Assembly (NCBI RefSeq): GCF_000150275.1 | Contig: NW_002060947.1 | Span: forward strand, 7,115,880 to 7,179,879 | Source of the DNA: Trichoplax adhaerens | Lineage: Eukaryota > Animalia > Placozoa | Direction: 5' to 3' | DNA length: 64,000 nt | In this document: positions 1 to 13,358 of the stretch, piece after piece | Layout of the letters: each line of letters opens with the position of its first letter | Numbering within the stretch: position 1 is the first letter of the stretch | Program-made: the position numbers and the translations under genes | Notes under the pieces: generated by a model | Told to the model about the DNA's origin: nothing | Databases searched by the model: none | The model's input: only the letters and a program-made list of their open reading frames with translations

Positions 1-3000
1 CAGCAGTTTCACTTTCATTGATACCATCAGTACGTGCATTAGCTGAATCGCTACCAGTATTTTCAAGTAATCTGCTAGTTTCTGCTTCATTAAGTTCAGT
101 CTCTTCAGCTAAGAGATTAACTTCCATTGGGTTTCGGCTCCGTTTAGCTCTGCCCAAAAGATTAAATTTGCCAACGCCTTTCATATGTTCAACGACATCC
201 TGGTGAACATCGGAAACATCCCACATACTCATGAAGGATGTATATAACGAAGTATGAGGTGCCGCTCCGTCGATATAAGGTTTATGAGAAAAGACAAAGT
301 AGTGTAATAGGGCAACTATAAACATTTCGATACATATAAGGAAGTTCTAAAAACAAATGGTCAATAGAATATTGTGATGATTTCATTCGAGAATAACATT
401 GAATCATTCGATTAGCAACCTTCTATCTTAAATTGAGCCATAAGGTCTTATTAGAGCCCGTATATCTTACCTGTAAACCTTTGGCAACTAGCTCAGGGTC
501 GTAAAAATTCCACTGCTTATTAGCCCTAATAACTCCGGTCTGCAAACAAAAATTGTTACGCGAGTGTTAATACTGGCGATGAAAAATACTCTTAAATATT
601 TCGATCTAGAAGGTTCTTACGTCAACCAGTACTGAAATGAAGCAGTCTTGCCTAGACAAGGTAACAAAGTTATGTTTTGAAATTAAAAATAGCAATTTTG
701 TAACTTCAGCCTGTAACACAGCACAGTTAACAGTTCCTGCTATTCTCATAACTAGAAACCGTGGCCAACTTACCAGAATGAAAAGAAAATTATAAATTTG
801 ATTGCAGCAAATTTTCCAATGGGTTTAATTGGTTTTAATTCTTCTTTAAAGGCTTTGTAGAACAACGTTAGACAATACAAAGCGATCTGAAAAGAAAGAT
901 TCAAAATAACATACAATTATTTCTTCTAATACGAATTATTGTAAATTGATATGATAGTAACTACTTGGCAAAGAAAGTACATACCAGTTGCGTAAAGTTA
1001 TCAATAATTATTATGTAAGGATATGGATAAGCAAAGTTAAATTCTCCTTCGTGATAAGCTCCAGCGAGATGACAACCTCTATTGGGTATAAGATTGCAAT
1101 AAGGAGTATTACACTAGATGTAAGGGTTAAAAATTTATTCGATAGATTTAAAAATTTGATCTATGCAGCAAACTTACAAAGCAATTAATGTTGTTAGAGG
1201 CATAATGACAACGTAAGTTAGTACTCCTTGTTTACACCTAATTAGGAAGGGCCTATAAACAGTACGATGAATCAAGAAATGTTATAATTTTGATAATCAA
1301 TCAACAGCTGTGCTGATTCACGCCATCTTATGGATGCTTACTAATGTAACTAATTAGTATCTACACTTTCGTATTACCTGCCGTTCTTCCATGCCTTAAG
1401 TTTACAAAATGGGAAAACATGAGTTATTTGGGGCTTCTCCTGTAGTCTTGCAACAATGTCATATTCCGTTTTCAGAAAGTTTAAGAGGTAAACCATGAAG
1501 TTGTATAACACGTACGCTTCATAGCAGCGTCTAACAGTATCAAAATAGAATCCAATTTTTGGAAAACGGAGTGCGATCCACTGTAATTAGAAGCAAATTA
1601 TTGATGAGTTTTAAGATTGAGGATAGTTTATATAAGCATTCTTTAAAACCTATTCAATGTAAGTTTATCATGATACAAGTATCTAGTAGTTTGATTTCAC
1701 ACCAAAAAAGATGTCGATACTGTAGGTTTAAAGACTATTAATATTTGAAATTCATCGTTTCAATATCATTACTAGTACTCGTATATTGAATCATGAATAC
1801 AGCAATTACATTCTCGACAAGATTAGATTAACTAACCGAATTTAAGGAATAAATTGGTACCATCCACAGAATCCTGCAAAACATAGACAGAGTATAAATT
1901 ATATTAACGAATCAAGTTTTTATGAACAATTTAAATGCACATTTCCAAAAATTATAATTATTATTTCAAAAAATAGTCTAAATAGATCATGTAGTTAGAA
2001 TTGCAACACCTTATATCTACTCGTTAAGGTATGCGTAGTACTAATTCTAAGATCGCGATAGTCAATTAAACACACTGTACTCGTCCCATTTTTCAATAAA
2101 TTTTCTAGCGTAATACAGAATGCATAATTGGAATACTCCATAACACATCTTTTAGATTATGATCTGATTTTTGGATAAATGATAGCCTGTATCAGTAACC
2201 GCTGTGTCCCATACTTTTAACTGTTGTTTTGATTTTCGAGAATGTCTGTAATCAAGAAATAACAAATTACCGTTCTCGCGGTATACTTCAATGAGGTTTA
2301 GTGTAAGTTATTCGATCGGCAGTTCAATGAAGTACTTTTAAGCTTTTCTAGATCACTGGCAACCATACATTGGTTTAAAACATAGCTGAGGGCGCTGGCT
2401 CTATACGCTATCGTAGCCAAATGCGACAGCATCACCAATACCGTTTAAATTTAGTAAGGGATCAATTATCGAAATTTAATCTATGCATCTATTTAGAAGC
2501 AATCGAATCGAAAATATTAACTATCTTATTATATTATTGAAATTATTTCAACCAATTCTAATGCATGATACCATGAGACATTCCCTTTTCTATCGTTTTG
2601 ATTGCTCTATATCAGTATGAATATCGTCATCTTTAGACAGGCGTATAAGAACCTTCGATTGTATTTTACGGTGGAAAAGAGCCCACTAAAACTTATTGCT
2701 GAAGTTCTTCTTACATTAATTATTGCATAGACAGTACAATACTTGAAGTAAGTCTTAATATTGCTACCCATGGAGCCTCTAACGATACCACGGAGATATT
2801 CCTTCTTCTACCATTTTTACCATTCTAAATGTATTTTTTTGCCTTTACATAAAAACGTTTGATCTGAACATTCGATATTATTTAGTGTAGATAAGAACCA
2901 AGCACTGCTGTCATGGTGCATCGAGTAGTCTAAGATGTGGACATAGTCAAGTTGACAGATATTATACATTGACTATGCTATCATTTCCAGTAACCAGCAT

Positions 3001-3815
3001 GCACGATAAACAAGTTAGCATACCCTTTTTCTATAGTTTTACTCTTCTAACGTGGAATGGGCCCGTCTTTCCATAAGAATATGCCATAGAATTATAGTAC
3101 GACTAAAGATGACTTTACACTTACAATTAATGTTGCTCTTAACTAACAAGAACATCGTTGCAGCACTATCGACGTCTGTCATATGGCGTACTGAGTATCT
3201 AAATTAAAAATTAACCGTGGCAGTACCAGTCCCGTAATAACATTATAAAGTTAAAATTGAATAGTTACTTACTTACTGTGCGTCAAATTTAGACTCTAAA
3301 AATCGTTATTAAAACGTTTGTAAGGTAAGTTAGAGCAGCACAAGGTTAAGCGAATCGTTGTTTCCTTGATTTTACCCATGATAACAAGGATAGCCATTAT
3401 GGTTTTACGACAAGGTCGAAACCTGTGTAGACTCCAACTGTAATTAAATCTATTTACGGAAAAATCAAGATACTACCATTTCTATTCTTTGTATAGCTTT
3501 CGATCAGTATAAGAAATGTCTTACAACCTGCCTATACCTATTTCATCAGTGCAATAGCACATATACATCTATTCTACTAAGCACAAAAGTCCCCCCCAAA
3601 AATCCTCTCCTGGTAATAGGGCCGTCATAGGTGTCATAGCTTGTTGTTGTCGTCGCCGTTACCTTATAATATGTCTTTGCAGAATAGGCTGCGTATAATT
3701 GAGCAAATGTTGTAATACTCTTCCATATTCTCTCTTCCTTATATCAATGAGTTTATTTTATACTAAAATTGAGTCTAAACGCAACGATTTTCAAGTTATT
3801 TGCCTACTTGATCAT
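1..3815 (-). CDS. TMEM184C: TMEM184C-like transmembrane protein (OST-alpha / Solute_trans_a family); multi-exon, 3' end beyond the left edge of the window
   Basis: Spliced minus-strand exons with GT-AG borders: 3737-3663 (..VLQHLLNYTQPILQRHIIR), ~1874-1837 (ILWMVPIYSLNS), ~1581-1378 (WIALRFPKIGFYFDTVRRCYEAYVLYNFMVYLLNFL..), ~1252-1177 (PFLIRCKQGVLTYVVIMPLTTLIAL), ~1077-986 (CHLAGAYHEGEFNFAYPYPYIIIIDNFTQL), 886-774 (IALYCLTLFYKAFKEELKPIKPIGKFAAIKFIIFFSFW), 651-621, 539-471, 346-<1 (NFLICIEMFIVALLHYFVFSHKPY..SFMSMWDVSDVHQDVVEH). These motifs are collinear with human TMEM184C as I recall it. The start (ATG 3815, mini-exon 3815-3808) is tentative. Confidence 0.9.
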
Positions 3816-4009
3816 TGAAATCGGACGGGTAGTTTCCCTAATCCATCGACTCCATATTGTTTACGTCTATGTCGGCAGTCCGGATAGATTTGAAAGAGCT
3901 TCAGCACAGCTGTCCAAATCGTATAGAAGTCGTGCGCTGCCGCAGGACTGATAGAAATGCCCATAGCGCGTCGTCCTGAACGGAACAGTACTCGCAATCG
4001 ATTCACTCA

Positions 4010-4386
4010 TGACGTCACCATCCATCGTTCAAGCTTTCTATTGGACAAGATCATAACCATGACATTATTTTTGTTCTAAATTGTAGATCACAGTAGAGTC
4101 TAGAAGCCTAAATGATGTCGCCAATAGGGGTAGTGCGCCTCAGGGTGACATTATTTTTGTATAGATTATACGATATAGTATGATCAATAAGAAAAAATAA
4201 TATCGCCAATACTGGCTTCGGGTGCACGACATTATTTTTGTTCTAACCAGCTATAATATCCTATAATAGGAGCAATAGTTATGTCAGTGGTATGTTGCCA
4301 CGGATTTTATGACGTCATAATACCTGGCTTCAAATATGGATCTTTTCCTACGTCACTAAAAGTGGGATGGACGTTGCCATGGTGAC
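4010..4386. promoter_or_regulatory. Divergent intergenic promoter region with two CRE palindromes and an RFX X-box-like site
   Basis: TGACGTCA at 4010-4017 and 4310-4317; GTTGCCATGGTGAC at 4373-4386; three copies of GACATTATTTTTGT (~4061, ~4148, ~4228). Lies between the 5' ends of TMEM184C-like (-) and SDR-1 (+). Confidence 0.5.
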
Positions 4387-5006
4387 GGATCAGATCTGAA
4401 CTCCAATTATAGAAATTAATTTATTAGTGATTTTGGGGGAAGTTAGTGAAGGTTAAAGGTTAGCATAGGAGAGGACTAGACTGTGCTGTAGAATTCTACG
4501 GTCTAGATCTAGCATCTGTAGTCCCTGGTACGAAATATAGCTGCTCTTGTTAACGTCTCTAACTAAAGCTTCAACAGTTAACTGCTCAGCTACGAAGGTG
4601 TTCTGTATCCAGCCAGAGACGTTTACTCGAAGCCTTATGAAGTTAATTACAGTATGAATAAATCCTTTCTAGTCAGATCCTTTTCAGTAATGAATTTAGA
4701 GTGCAAACAACTGTCTGTACTGCATACTGTAGTATTACAGTATCACTGGATATGATTGCACTACTCTTGGCTTACCATGGTATTACTCAGCATTTCTCAT
4801 TGTTTCCTAGTCAGTTACAGTACTCTACCATTCATACTCATCGCAGCTCACCTAGGTTTATAGCACTCTTGACCTAGATCTGCTCTCTCATTTCCATCTT
4901 CACCTTCTTCAGAACTTGTCTGGTGAATTTCTCATATCACCGGTAGACTGTCCTATTCTACTCAGCATACTGCAAGTACAATCCAATTACTATCAAGTGG
5001 ATACTC

Positions 5007-6674
5007 ATGGCCTTCCAATTTAAGAGCGTGTTAATCACTGGAGCGAATCGAGGACTGGGACTCGAATTTGTCAAGCAATTAGCCAAAGCATCGCCGTCTC
5101 CCAAATATATCTTTGCTACTTGTCGCTCTCCAGAGGGTGATACTGTTAAGGTTAGTTGTATTACCCAATTGCAATATTTTGAATGGTGGATTAGAGAGTA
5201 TGTTGTACATTCGAATATCAACAGAAACACCATGCGTTCTAGAGCAGTTTATTAAATAAGCTCGTATATCCGAGATCATCTGCAAATACTCATATGATGG
5301 TATAATACAGTAGAGGAAACAATGACATATAGCAATTGAACGCACTCATATTTTAATATCTCTACCTTTTATAGAACTTAAGAGAACTCGCCGCTAGTCA
5401 TAGCAATGTGACGATCATTAAACTAGGTCAGTTGGCCGAATCTTTCATGAGTGATAACAAATCATTTCAAATTGAAATATTGCGATCAAGTCCAATCAAT
5501 CGACCAAGTTTCTGCATAGACAGCATCATATACGGATAGATTGAATCCTAATCTATATCCTGTCCATCAAGTTGTTCACCTATCCAGTGCTGCTATCGTA
5601 CCTGTATTTTAACTGGAGAATAATAAATGGACATGCAAAAAACTTGGTTTCTTTATTGGACTTGATCTGAAAAGTTTTTTACTTCAATGATTTTCCAAAT
5701 GTCAAAATCGGTTACTTGCAGTATGAATATCTACTTCTTGATACAACACTCTACAAAGTGAAAACAGTATAGAGTTAGATGTCAGAGATACCATGCATAA
5801 AGTTTGAAAATATCTTTGATGCTGTAGTCTGGTTCTAACATTTTTATAGATGCTTCGGATAAACAATCTATTGAAAATTCAGCAGCTGCAGTCAAAGAGA
5901 AGTTAGGTGATGAAGGGCTTGATCTGATAATTAATAACGCAGGAATTGGAGCACCTGGAAAACTATTGCAAGTTACAAATGAAGATATGATTCGTGTTTA
6001 TCAAACTAACGTTATCGGACCACTCAATGTCGTACAGGTATAGTAAGATATTAAAGAACAACGATATTTTAGCCAAGTTTAATTTCAAACTGTTTCCCAG
6101 TCTACGTGTGCTATATACAGTAGAATGCAAGCATCTTGGCAATAATTGTGATACTATTTGATGTTACATTGCATTCAATAGGCCTATCACTCCTTAATAA
6201 CAAAAGCAGGAAAGAAAAAAGGATTTGCAGCCGTGATCAATATGTCGAGCTGGCTAGGATCATGCGAGCAAACATCTACCGGTGGATTTTATCCGTACGG
6301 TGTTTCTAAGGTAACTAGTAGAAACTACGATAATACTCACTTTATAAAAGAGATTTCTTGTACAAGTTCATACTCTGTACCTTCTACAATAAGTCATACA
6401 AAAATGAGAAAATATGATAGTAATGTCATTTCATTTGAAATTATTTTAGGGTGCAATGAATAGAATGACGAGAGCATTAAGCTATGATTTGATTGGTGAT
6501 AACGTCATTGCCGTGAGTATGAATCCGGGATGGGTTAAGACTGACCTTGGTTCACAAAATGCAACACTAACTACGGAAGAATCGATTAAAAAAATGCTTA
6601 AAGTGATTAGATCTTTGGACAAGAATAAGAATGGAACATTTTGCGACTACAACGGACAAATCGTCCCGTGGTAA
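5007..6674 (+). CDS. SDR-1: C-factor (CsgA)/sniffer-like classical short-chain dehydrogenase/reductase, probably NADPH-dependent, 245 aa
   Basis: Exons 5007-5150, 5375-5426, 5850-6037, 6182-6310, 6450-6674 join in frame (738 nt). Motifs TGANRGLG, ATCR, LIINNAG, NMSS, YGVSK, MNPGWVKTDLG. Confidence 0.92.
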
Positions 6675-8096
6675 AATTTCTGCGAAGAAATATATAGTAA
6701 ATTAAAGTAAATGTAGACTGTGTTATCATTGCTACTTTTACTGAGCATCAGCAATACTCATAGCAATATACGAGTTAGGGTTAGGCTCATATATGTAGAT
6801 CGAAGTAATCGTATTTGTTTTCTTACACTTTCAATAAACTTGCAAATTTTTCCGAATAGGATAATAATCGTATTAAATTTGCTACAGCTGCAGTATCTAA
6901 ATTATTTCGTTGCACCAAAAGATTGCAATGATAGTGTTACATGCAAGGAAGGACTGTTTGATTTTTCTAATGAGCTATGCCTACTGAATGTATATTGCAG
7001 TATATTTGACTGCTATTAGGCAGTGTACAGCATGGCAAGAAATAAGTTACTAGGGTTAATTGAACTAACTTTGGCATCATCACCCTGTGGAAATTCATAA
7101 GCTGTAAATACAACCGTATAGATAATTGCCATGCCATTTCGGATCTCAGCCTTAGACCAATTCCAATAGTTGTATCGTTTATGCTTTCAAAGTTGAAGAT
7201 AATAATATTGCGATTGGTTTGATTGTAAATTATGCAATAGTAAAGACAAAAAATTTTATTTGTGTGAGATACAGGTATACTGACTGATATATAAGAGTAT
7301 AAAGAGTCAGATGCTAAAAGCTGTTAATCCGTTAGTGCAGTTCTGTGTGGATGAACCCGTATATTTATTGCGTATATACAGCACAGATTGTACAAAATTA
7401 CTGTATAGAGTATTATGTATTAATTAACAAACACTATTAGTATAGATCACTTTTAGTATCAATAAGTAATTAGTAGATGTATCTGTATCGCCTTGCTTAT
7501 AGACCAGTATTACGACATGGTTAGAACTACCGTACGTATATCAGTGACTCATAGTTTACATTAAAAAGTTGAAAGAAATAAAACTACTCAGTACTACTGT
7601 ACAATAAAAAGTAATCTAAACATCAAGAGTTCGAGGTTGTACTGATCTGGCTGCGTGCAATTTGAGCCAAATTTAAAGTATATTTCTTCAAAATTTAAAG
7701 ATATAATTCAAGGTATCACCATAGCTGAATATCTTTCAACTATTTTAAAGGGTTCGCCATGTCTCTGTAATATTGGTTTTATGATTAGTAGCTATTATTC
7801 GGCGTGATACAGATACAGGACAATCGCAATAATGCGCGTATTAATTAATAGTTAAACTATGATCCTACTAGAACTAAAAGCGGTTGCAACCTTGCAATTT
7901 GCAGCCCAACACATTCTTAACCTGGATCCGCTTCTCCCATTTCCGTCTTGTCGTCCTTCATTCTAAGGTCAGTACTAGTCTCCTCTGGTCTATCTCTCAT
8001 ATCATCGGTAGGCTTCCTATTCTACTGGACTTTTGTTGAATCCACTTCTAGTCAGCACTCTGCAAGTACAACCTAATTACTGTTGGTTTAACATTC

Positions 8097-9823
8097 ATCC
8101 CCTTCCAATTCGAAAGCGTGTTAATCACTAGAGCAAGTTGAAGATCGGGACTCAAATTTACCAAGCAATTATCTAAAGCATCGCCGTTTCCCAAGTATAT
8201 ATTTGCCACATGCTGATCTCCAAGAGGGTGATACTGCCAAAGTTAGTTGCATTACCCAATATTTCAAACCGTATATTGGATAGTATGCAGATAGTAAATT
8301 AAATTACTCGCGAATTACAATAATATCAATGCATGCATTATGTGTTCCAGAGGAGTTTACTAAGATGAATCTGATCTCATCTACTAATAGATTGATATCC
8401 GAATTGCTTGATATGAACCATTGAAGTCTTCGTAGAACTTAAAAGAACTAGCCGCTAATCGTAGCAATGTGACGATAGTTAAGCTAGGTCAGTACTAATA
8501 CATTGCACCTGTTGACCGAATCTTTTATCCATGATAATAATCCATGCAAATTTGGAGATATAGATTTAAGCCCAAAGACCGACCTAGTTTTTGCATAGAC
8601 TGTATCACATAAAAATAAATCTGGTCCTAATTCCATTCATAAGTTTTCCAGCTATGCAGTGCTGGTGCCATACCAATATTGTAACAGGAGGATAAATGTT
8701 CCTGCAAAAACTTGGTTTCTTTATTGGACTTGACCTAAAAATATTTTTTACCATGGTGATTTTTCCAAATATCAAAATCAATTGAAGTATGAATATCTAC
8801 TTCTTGATACAGCACTCTACAAAGTGAAAACAGTATAGAGTTAGATGTCAGAGATGCCATACATAATGATTGAAAATATCTTTAATGGTGTAGTTTGGTT
8901 CTAACGTTTTATAGATGCTTCGGATAAACAATCTATTGAAAATTTAGTAGCTGTAATTAAAGAGAAGTTAGGTAATCAAGGACTAGATCTGATAATTAAT
9001 AATACAGGAATTGGAGCACCTGGAAAACTATTGCAAGTTACAAATGAAGATCTGATTCGTGTTTATCAAACTAACGTAATGTCGCACAGGTATAATACGA
9101 CATTAAAGAACCGCCATGTTTTAGCCAAGTTATATTACTTCATCCTTCAATAGCGGTACCTAAGTCTACATGAAAAGCAATTCCTTGGTAGTTGACTAAT
9201 ACATATTTGCGACACTTTTTTTGCGTTGATAATTAACAAATAATAAAAAGTAATGATACTGAACGTATTACACAATGCAAGAATCTTAACAGTAATTATG
9301 ATATTACTTGACTTTGCATCGCATTCAATAGGCCTATCACTTCTTAATAATAAAAGCAGGAAAGAAAAAGGGATTTGCAGCCATGATTAATATAACGAGC
9401 TGGTTAGAATCATGCGGGCAAACACCTGTTGGTAAATTTTACCCGTACGGCCTTTCTAAGGTAACTAGTAGAAACTACAACAATGCTCACTTTATAAAGG
9501 AGATTTAATCTATAAGTTCATACTTTATATCTTCTATAATAAGTCATACAAAAATGAAAAAGTTTGATGCTAGAATCATTTCGTTTTAAATTGTTTCAGG
9601 CTGTAATGAATAGACTGACGAAAGGATTAAGTATCGATCTGATCGGTGATAACGTCATTGCCATAAGTATGAATCCGGGATAGGTAAAGACTGATCTTGG
9701 TTCGCAAAGTGCAACACTGACCACGAAAGAATCGATTGAAAAAATGCTTAAAGTGACTAGATCTTGGACAGGAATAAGAATGGAATATTTTACAACTACG
9801 TCGGAAAAATGGTCCCCTGGTAA
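8097..9823 (+). pseudogene. SDR-2 pseudogene (paralog of SDR-1/SDR-3)
   Basis: Same five-exon layout, but ATG>ATC at 8097, TGA at 8139-8141, a second TGA in exon 1, a deletion at the end of exon 3, TGG>TAG at 9681-9683 and frameshifts in the last exon. The glycine-rich motif is degraded (TRAS*RSG). Confidence 0.92.
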
Positions 9824-10802
9824 AATTTCTGTGAAGAAACGTATTGTAAATTTAAACAAGTGTAGATGCTGTTATCATCTACTTACGCTTATTGAGCTTT
9901 AATAATACTCATAGCAATAAATATGTTAATCGAAGTAATCGTAGTTACTATTTGGCGCTTTCAATAAATTTGTAAATTTTACCTACTTGGATAATAATTG
10001 TACAAAATTTACTACCGTTATAGTATTTAAGGACAATTGCTTAGCATTAAAATTGCCTGATGTGCGTACGCCAAAAAATTGGAATGATGGTGTTGCATAC
10101 AGGCTTGCGAGGGAGGACTGCATGATTTTTCTAATGATCTCTACCTATACTGTATACATACAAACGTATAGATAATTGCCATGCAATTTCGGATCTCAGC
10201 CTTAGACTAATTCCAGTAGTTGTAATATTTGTGGTTTCAAATTTCAAGATGACAACGTTATGACTGGTTTAATTGTAAATTATGCAAGAATAAAGACGAC
10301 AAATTTTATTTGTGTGAGATACTAGTATATATAATATATATATAAAAGACGCGAATGCTAAAAACTGTTAATCTGTTAGTGCAGTTTTGTGCTGATGGAC
10401 CGTACAATTCTTCTCTCAGTAATCCATCTTGTTGTAATGCAAGTATATTCGTTATATCTTTCTCTTGTACTGCTCTATTCTCTCTTTACTTCGTTCTCTA
10501 CTCTAACAGAATAGTAGCTGTCTGTACGTTGGTATTTGCAAATAAAAATTTTTTTTATTGAATTAATTTAATTATTAGTTTCTTTTTTCAATTCGTTCGT
10601 TCCTCAACTCTGCTCAAGTCTCTTTGATCCTATTCTAGTAAAGTATTGTATAGGCAGAGATTATTAAAGTAAGACTATTTTTGTAAGCTCGAGTTGCTTT
10701 GGTACATTCCAATTGGTAGAAATTGCACCTGTATTCAATTTTTTGTCCGTGCTGATTCATTTAGCGCAAGCTAGCTCCGTATTTAAAATCAATTTTGAAC
10801 AA

Positions 10803-10985
10803 TTAAATCGATGGATCAATAGTTACTAAGATTGTAATTATAATTGTAATTATTACATCTTGTGTATAATTGTAATTGTAATTATTAAATCTTGCGCGTA
10901 ATTGTAATTGTAATTTACTGTTCAAAGTCTGAAAGTAATTGTAATAATAATGATTATTTTCAAATGTAATTAATGATAACACCAT
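10803..10985. repeat. (AATTGT)n-rich low-complexity element, possibly a degenerate MITE
   Basis: Repeated AATTGT/GTAATT hexamers. Lies within a ~0.6 kb block absent from the paralogous spacer near 7360. Confidence 0.55.
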
Positions 10986-11524
10986 GAGAACGGAGCGGAA
11001 AGGTTAACATACGAACATATACCGTAGTCCATATATATTGCTGTATAGAGTATGGTATTATGTATTAATTAATTAACGAACACGATCAGTATCACTTTTA
11101 GTATTAAGAAGTATCTGTATTGCCTTGCTTCTATATAATGTATATGTGAAGTTTTTTTGTTGTTAAAAAGAAAGGGAAATGTAATATGATCCCTAATTGT
11201 AAATGTGATCTTGGTCGAGTACAGTGCGAGCTAAATCGATAAGCATCACCTGTCTACAGTATATAAGACGAGTTGTCTATGCTCTAGACCAATTCTGTTA
11301 CTAGCTTCCCCGTATGTGATTCTTGTGAATAACCTGAATAAAAATCCTGATACTTTTCAGAGTGTAAAAACGAGTCTGAATCACTAAATTTCCCATTAAG
11401 GAAAACAGTACACTAGTCTCTTCTAGTTTATTCCACATATCGTTACTAGACTGTCCTATTCTACTAGATCCACTTTTAGTCAGCATCCTGCAAGTATAAT
11501 CCAACTGCTGTTGACTTAATACTC

Positions 11525-13358
11525 ATGGCCTTCCAATTCGAAAGCGTATTAATCACTGGAGCGAGTCGGGGATTGGGACTCGAATTTGTCGAGCAATTAT
11601 CCAAAGCATCGCCGTCTCCCAAGCATATATTTGCTACTTGCCGATCTCCAGAGGGTGATACTGCCAAGGTTTGCTGCATTACCCAATTGCGATATTTCAA
11701 ACCGTGATTGGATAGTATGCTGACTTTGAATTAAATTAACATCGATATAAACGCTATGTATTCTAGAGCAGTTTACTAAAATGAACTCGTATATCTGATG
11801 TCATCTGGCAATAGATTGATATCCTAATTGCTTTGTGTAAACCAATTGATTTTTTCGTAGAACTTGAGAGAACTTGCTGCTAATCATAGCAATGTGACGA
11901 TTGCTAAGCTAGGTCAGTACAAATGCATTGCACCTTTTGAACGAATCTTTTATCCATGATAACAATCCATGCAAATTTGGATATTAGAGATCAAGCTTAA
12001 AGACCGACCAAGTTTTTGCATAAATAGTATCACATACAAAAGGATTTGATCCTAATCTAAATCCTATCCATCAAGTTTTTCTGTTATCGAATGCTGCTAT
12101 CATACCAATACTTTAACAGGAGAATAATAAATGTACATGCAAAAACTGGGTTTACGTATTTATTGGACTTACTTGACCTAAAAAATTTGAGCTTGATGAT
12201 TTTCCAAATGTCAAAATTGGTTACTTGCAGTATGGATATCTACTTTTTGATACGACACCCTACAGAGTGAATGTAGTATAGAGCTAGACTTACGGAGATA
12301 CTATGTGTACTGAATTGACAATTGAAAATATCTTTGATCGAGTAGCCTGCTTCTAACATATTTTATAGATGCTTTGGATAAACAATCTATTGAAAATTCA
12401 GCAGTAGCTGTCAAAGAGAAATTAGGTGATGAAGGACTAGATCTGATAATCAATAATGCAGGAGTTGGAGCACCCGAAGAATTCTTGCAAGCTACAAATG
12501 AAGATATGATTCGTGTTTATCATACCAATGTTATCGGACCACTCAATGTTGTACAGGTATAATGCAAATATTAAAGAAACTAGCATGTTTTAACCAAATT
12601 CAATTTTAAATTATTCCATAGTCTGCGTATACATCGTGGGTGAAAGCAACGGCTGTTATAGTTATAAGTATTATTTCACTCTATACATCAACAGCGTAGT
12701 TTGAGTTTTCTTCGAGTGTAATTCCTTTATGATTGGTTATTATATTACGCCATACTTTTTTATGTCGTAGATATTAAAAATAATGAAAAGTAATAATACT
12801 AAACATATTGTACAATACAAGAATCTTGGCAATAATTATGATACTATTTGATTTCGCATTGTATTAAACAGGCCTATTACTCCTTAATAACAAAAGCAGG
12901 AAAGAAAAAGGGATTTGCAGCCGTGATCAATATATCGAGCCAGCGAGGATCATGCGAGCAAACATTTTCTGCTGACTTTTTTCCGTATGGTGTTTCTAAG
13001 GTAACTAGTAGAAACTATATGATAATGCTCACTTTATAAGAGATATAATCTATAAGTTTATACCTTCCGCAATAAGTCATACGAAAAATAAGAAAATTGG
13101 ATACTAATATCATTTCATTTTAAATTATTTCAGGCAGCAATGAACAGAATGACGAGAGCATTTAGTTTCGATTTGATCGTACATAACGTTATTGCCATGA
13201 GCATGAATCCAGGATGGGTTAAGACTGATATTGGTTCACAAGATGCAATACTAACCACGAAAGAATCGATTGAAAAAATGCTTATAATTATTAGATCTTT
13301 GGACAAGAATAAGAATGGAACATTTTACAACTACAACGGAAATAGGCTCCCGTGGTAA
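11525..13358 (+). CDS. SDR-3: C-factor/sniffer-like SDR, 245 aa
   Basis: Exons 11525-11668, 11861-11912, 12369-12556, 12872-13000, 13134-13358 join in frame. Motifs TGASRGLG, INNAG, NISS, YGVSK, NPGWVKTD. Confidence 0.92.

Noticed and set aside
18-1741. Plus-strand ORFs 18-206, 988-1188 and 1559-1741
   Set aside because: Antisense shadows of TMEM184C-like exons.
2150-2250. Minus-strand LKVWDTA resembling the Rab WDTAG motif within the TMEM184C-like intron
   Set aside because: Lacks the Gly-Gln-Glu continuation and other G-box motifs, and a stop follows shortly.
10803-10985. 60-aa ORF rich in N/Y/L/Q/I/T
   Set aside because: Translation of the AATTGT hexamer repeat, not a gene.
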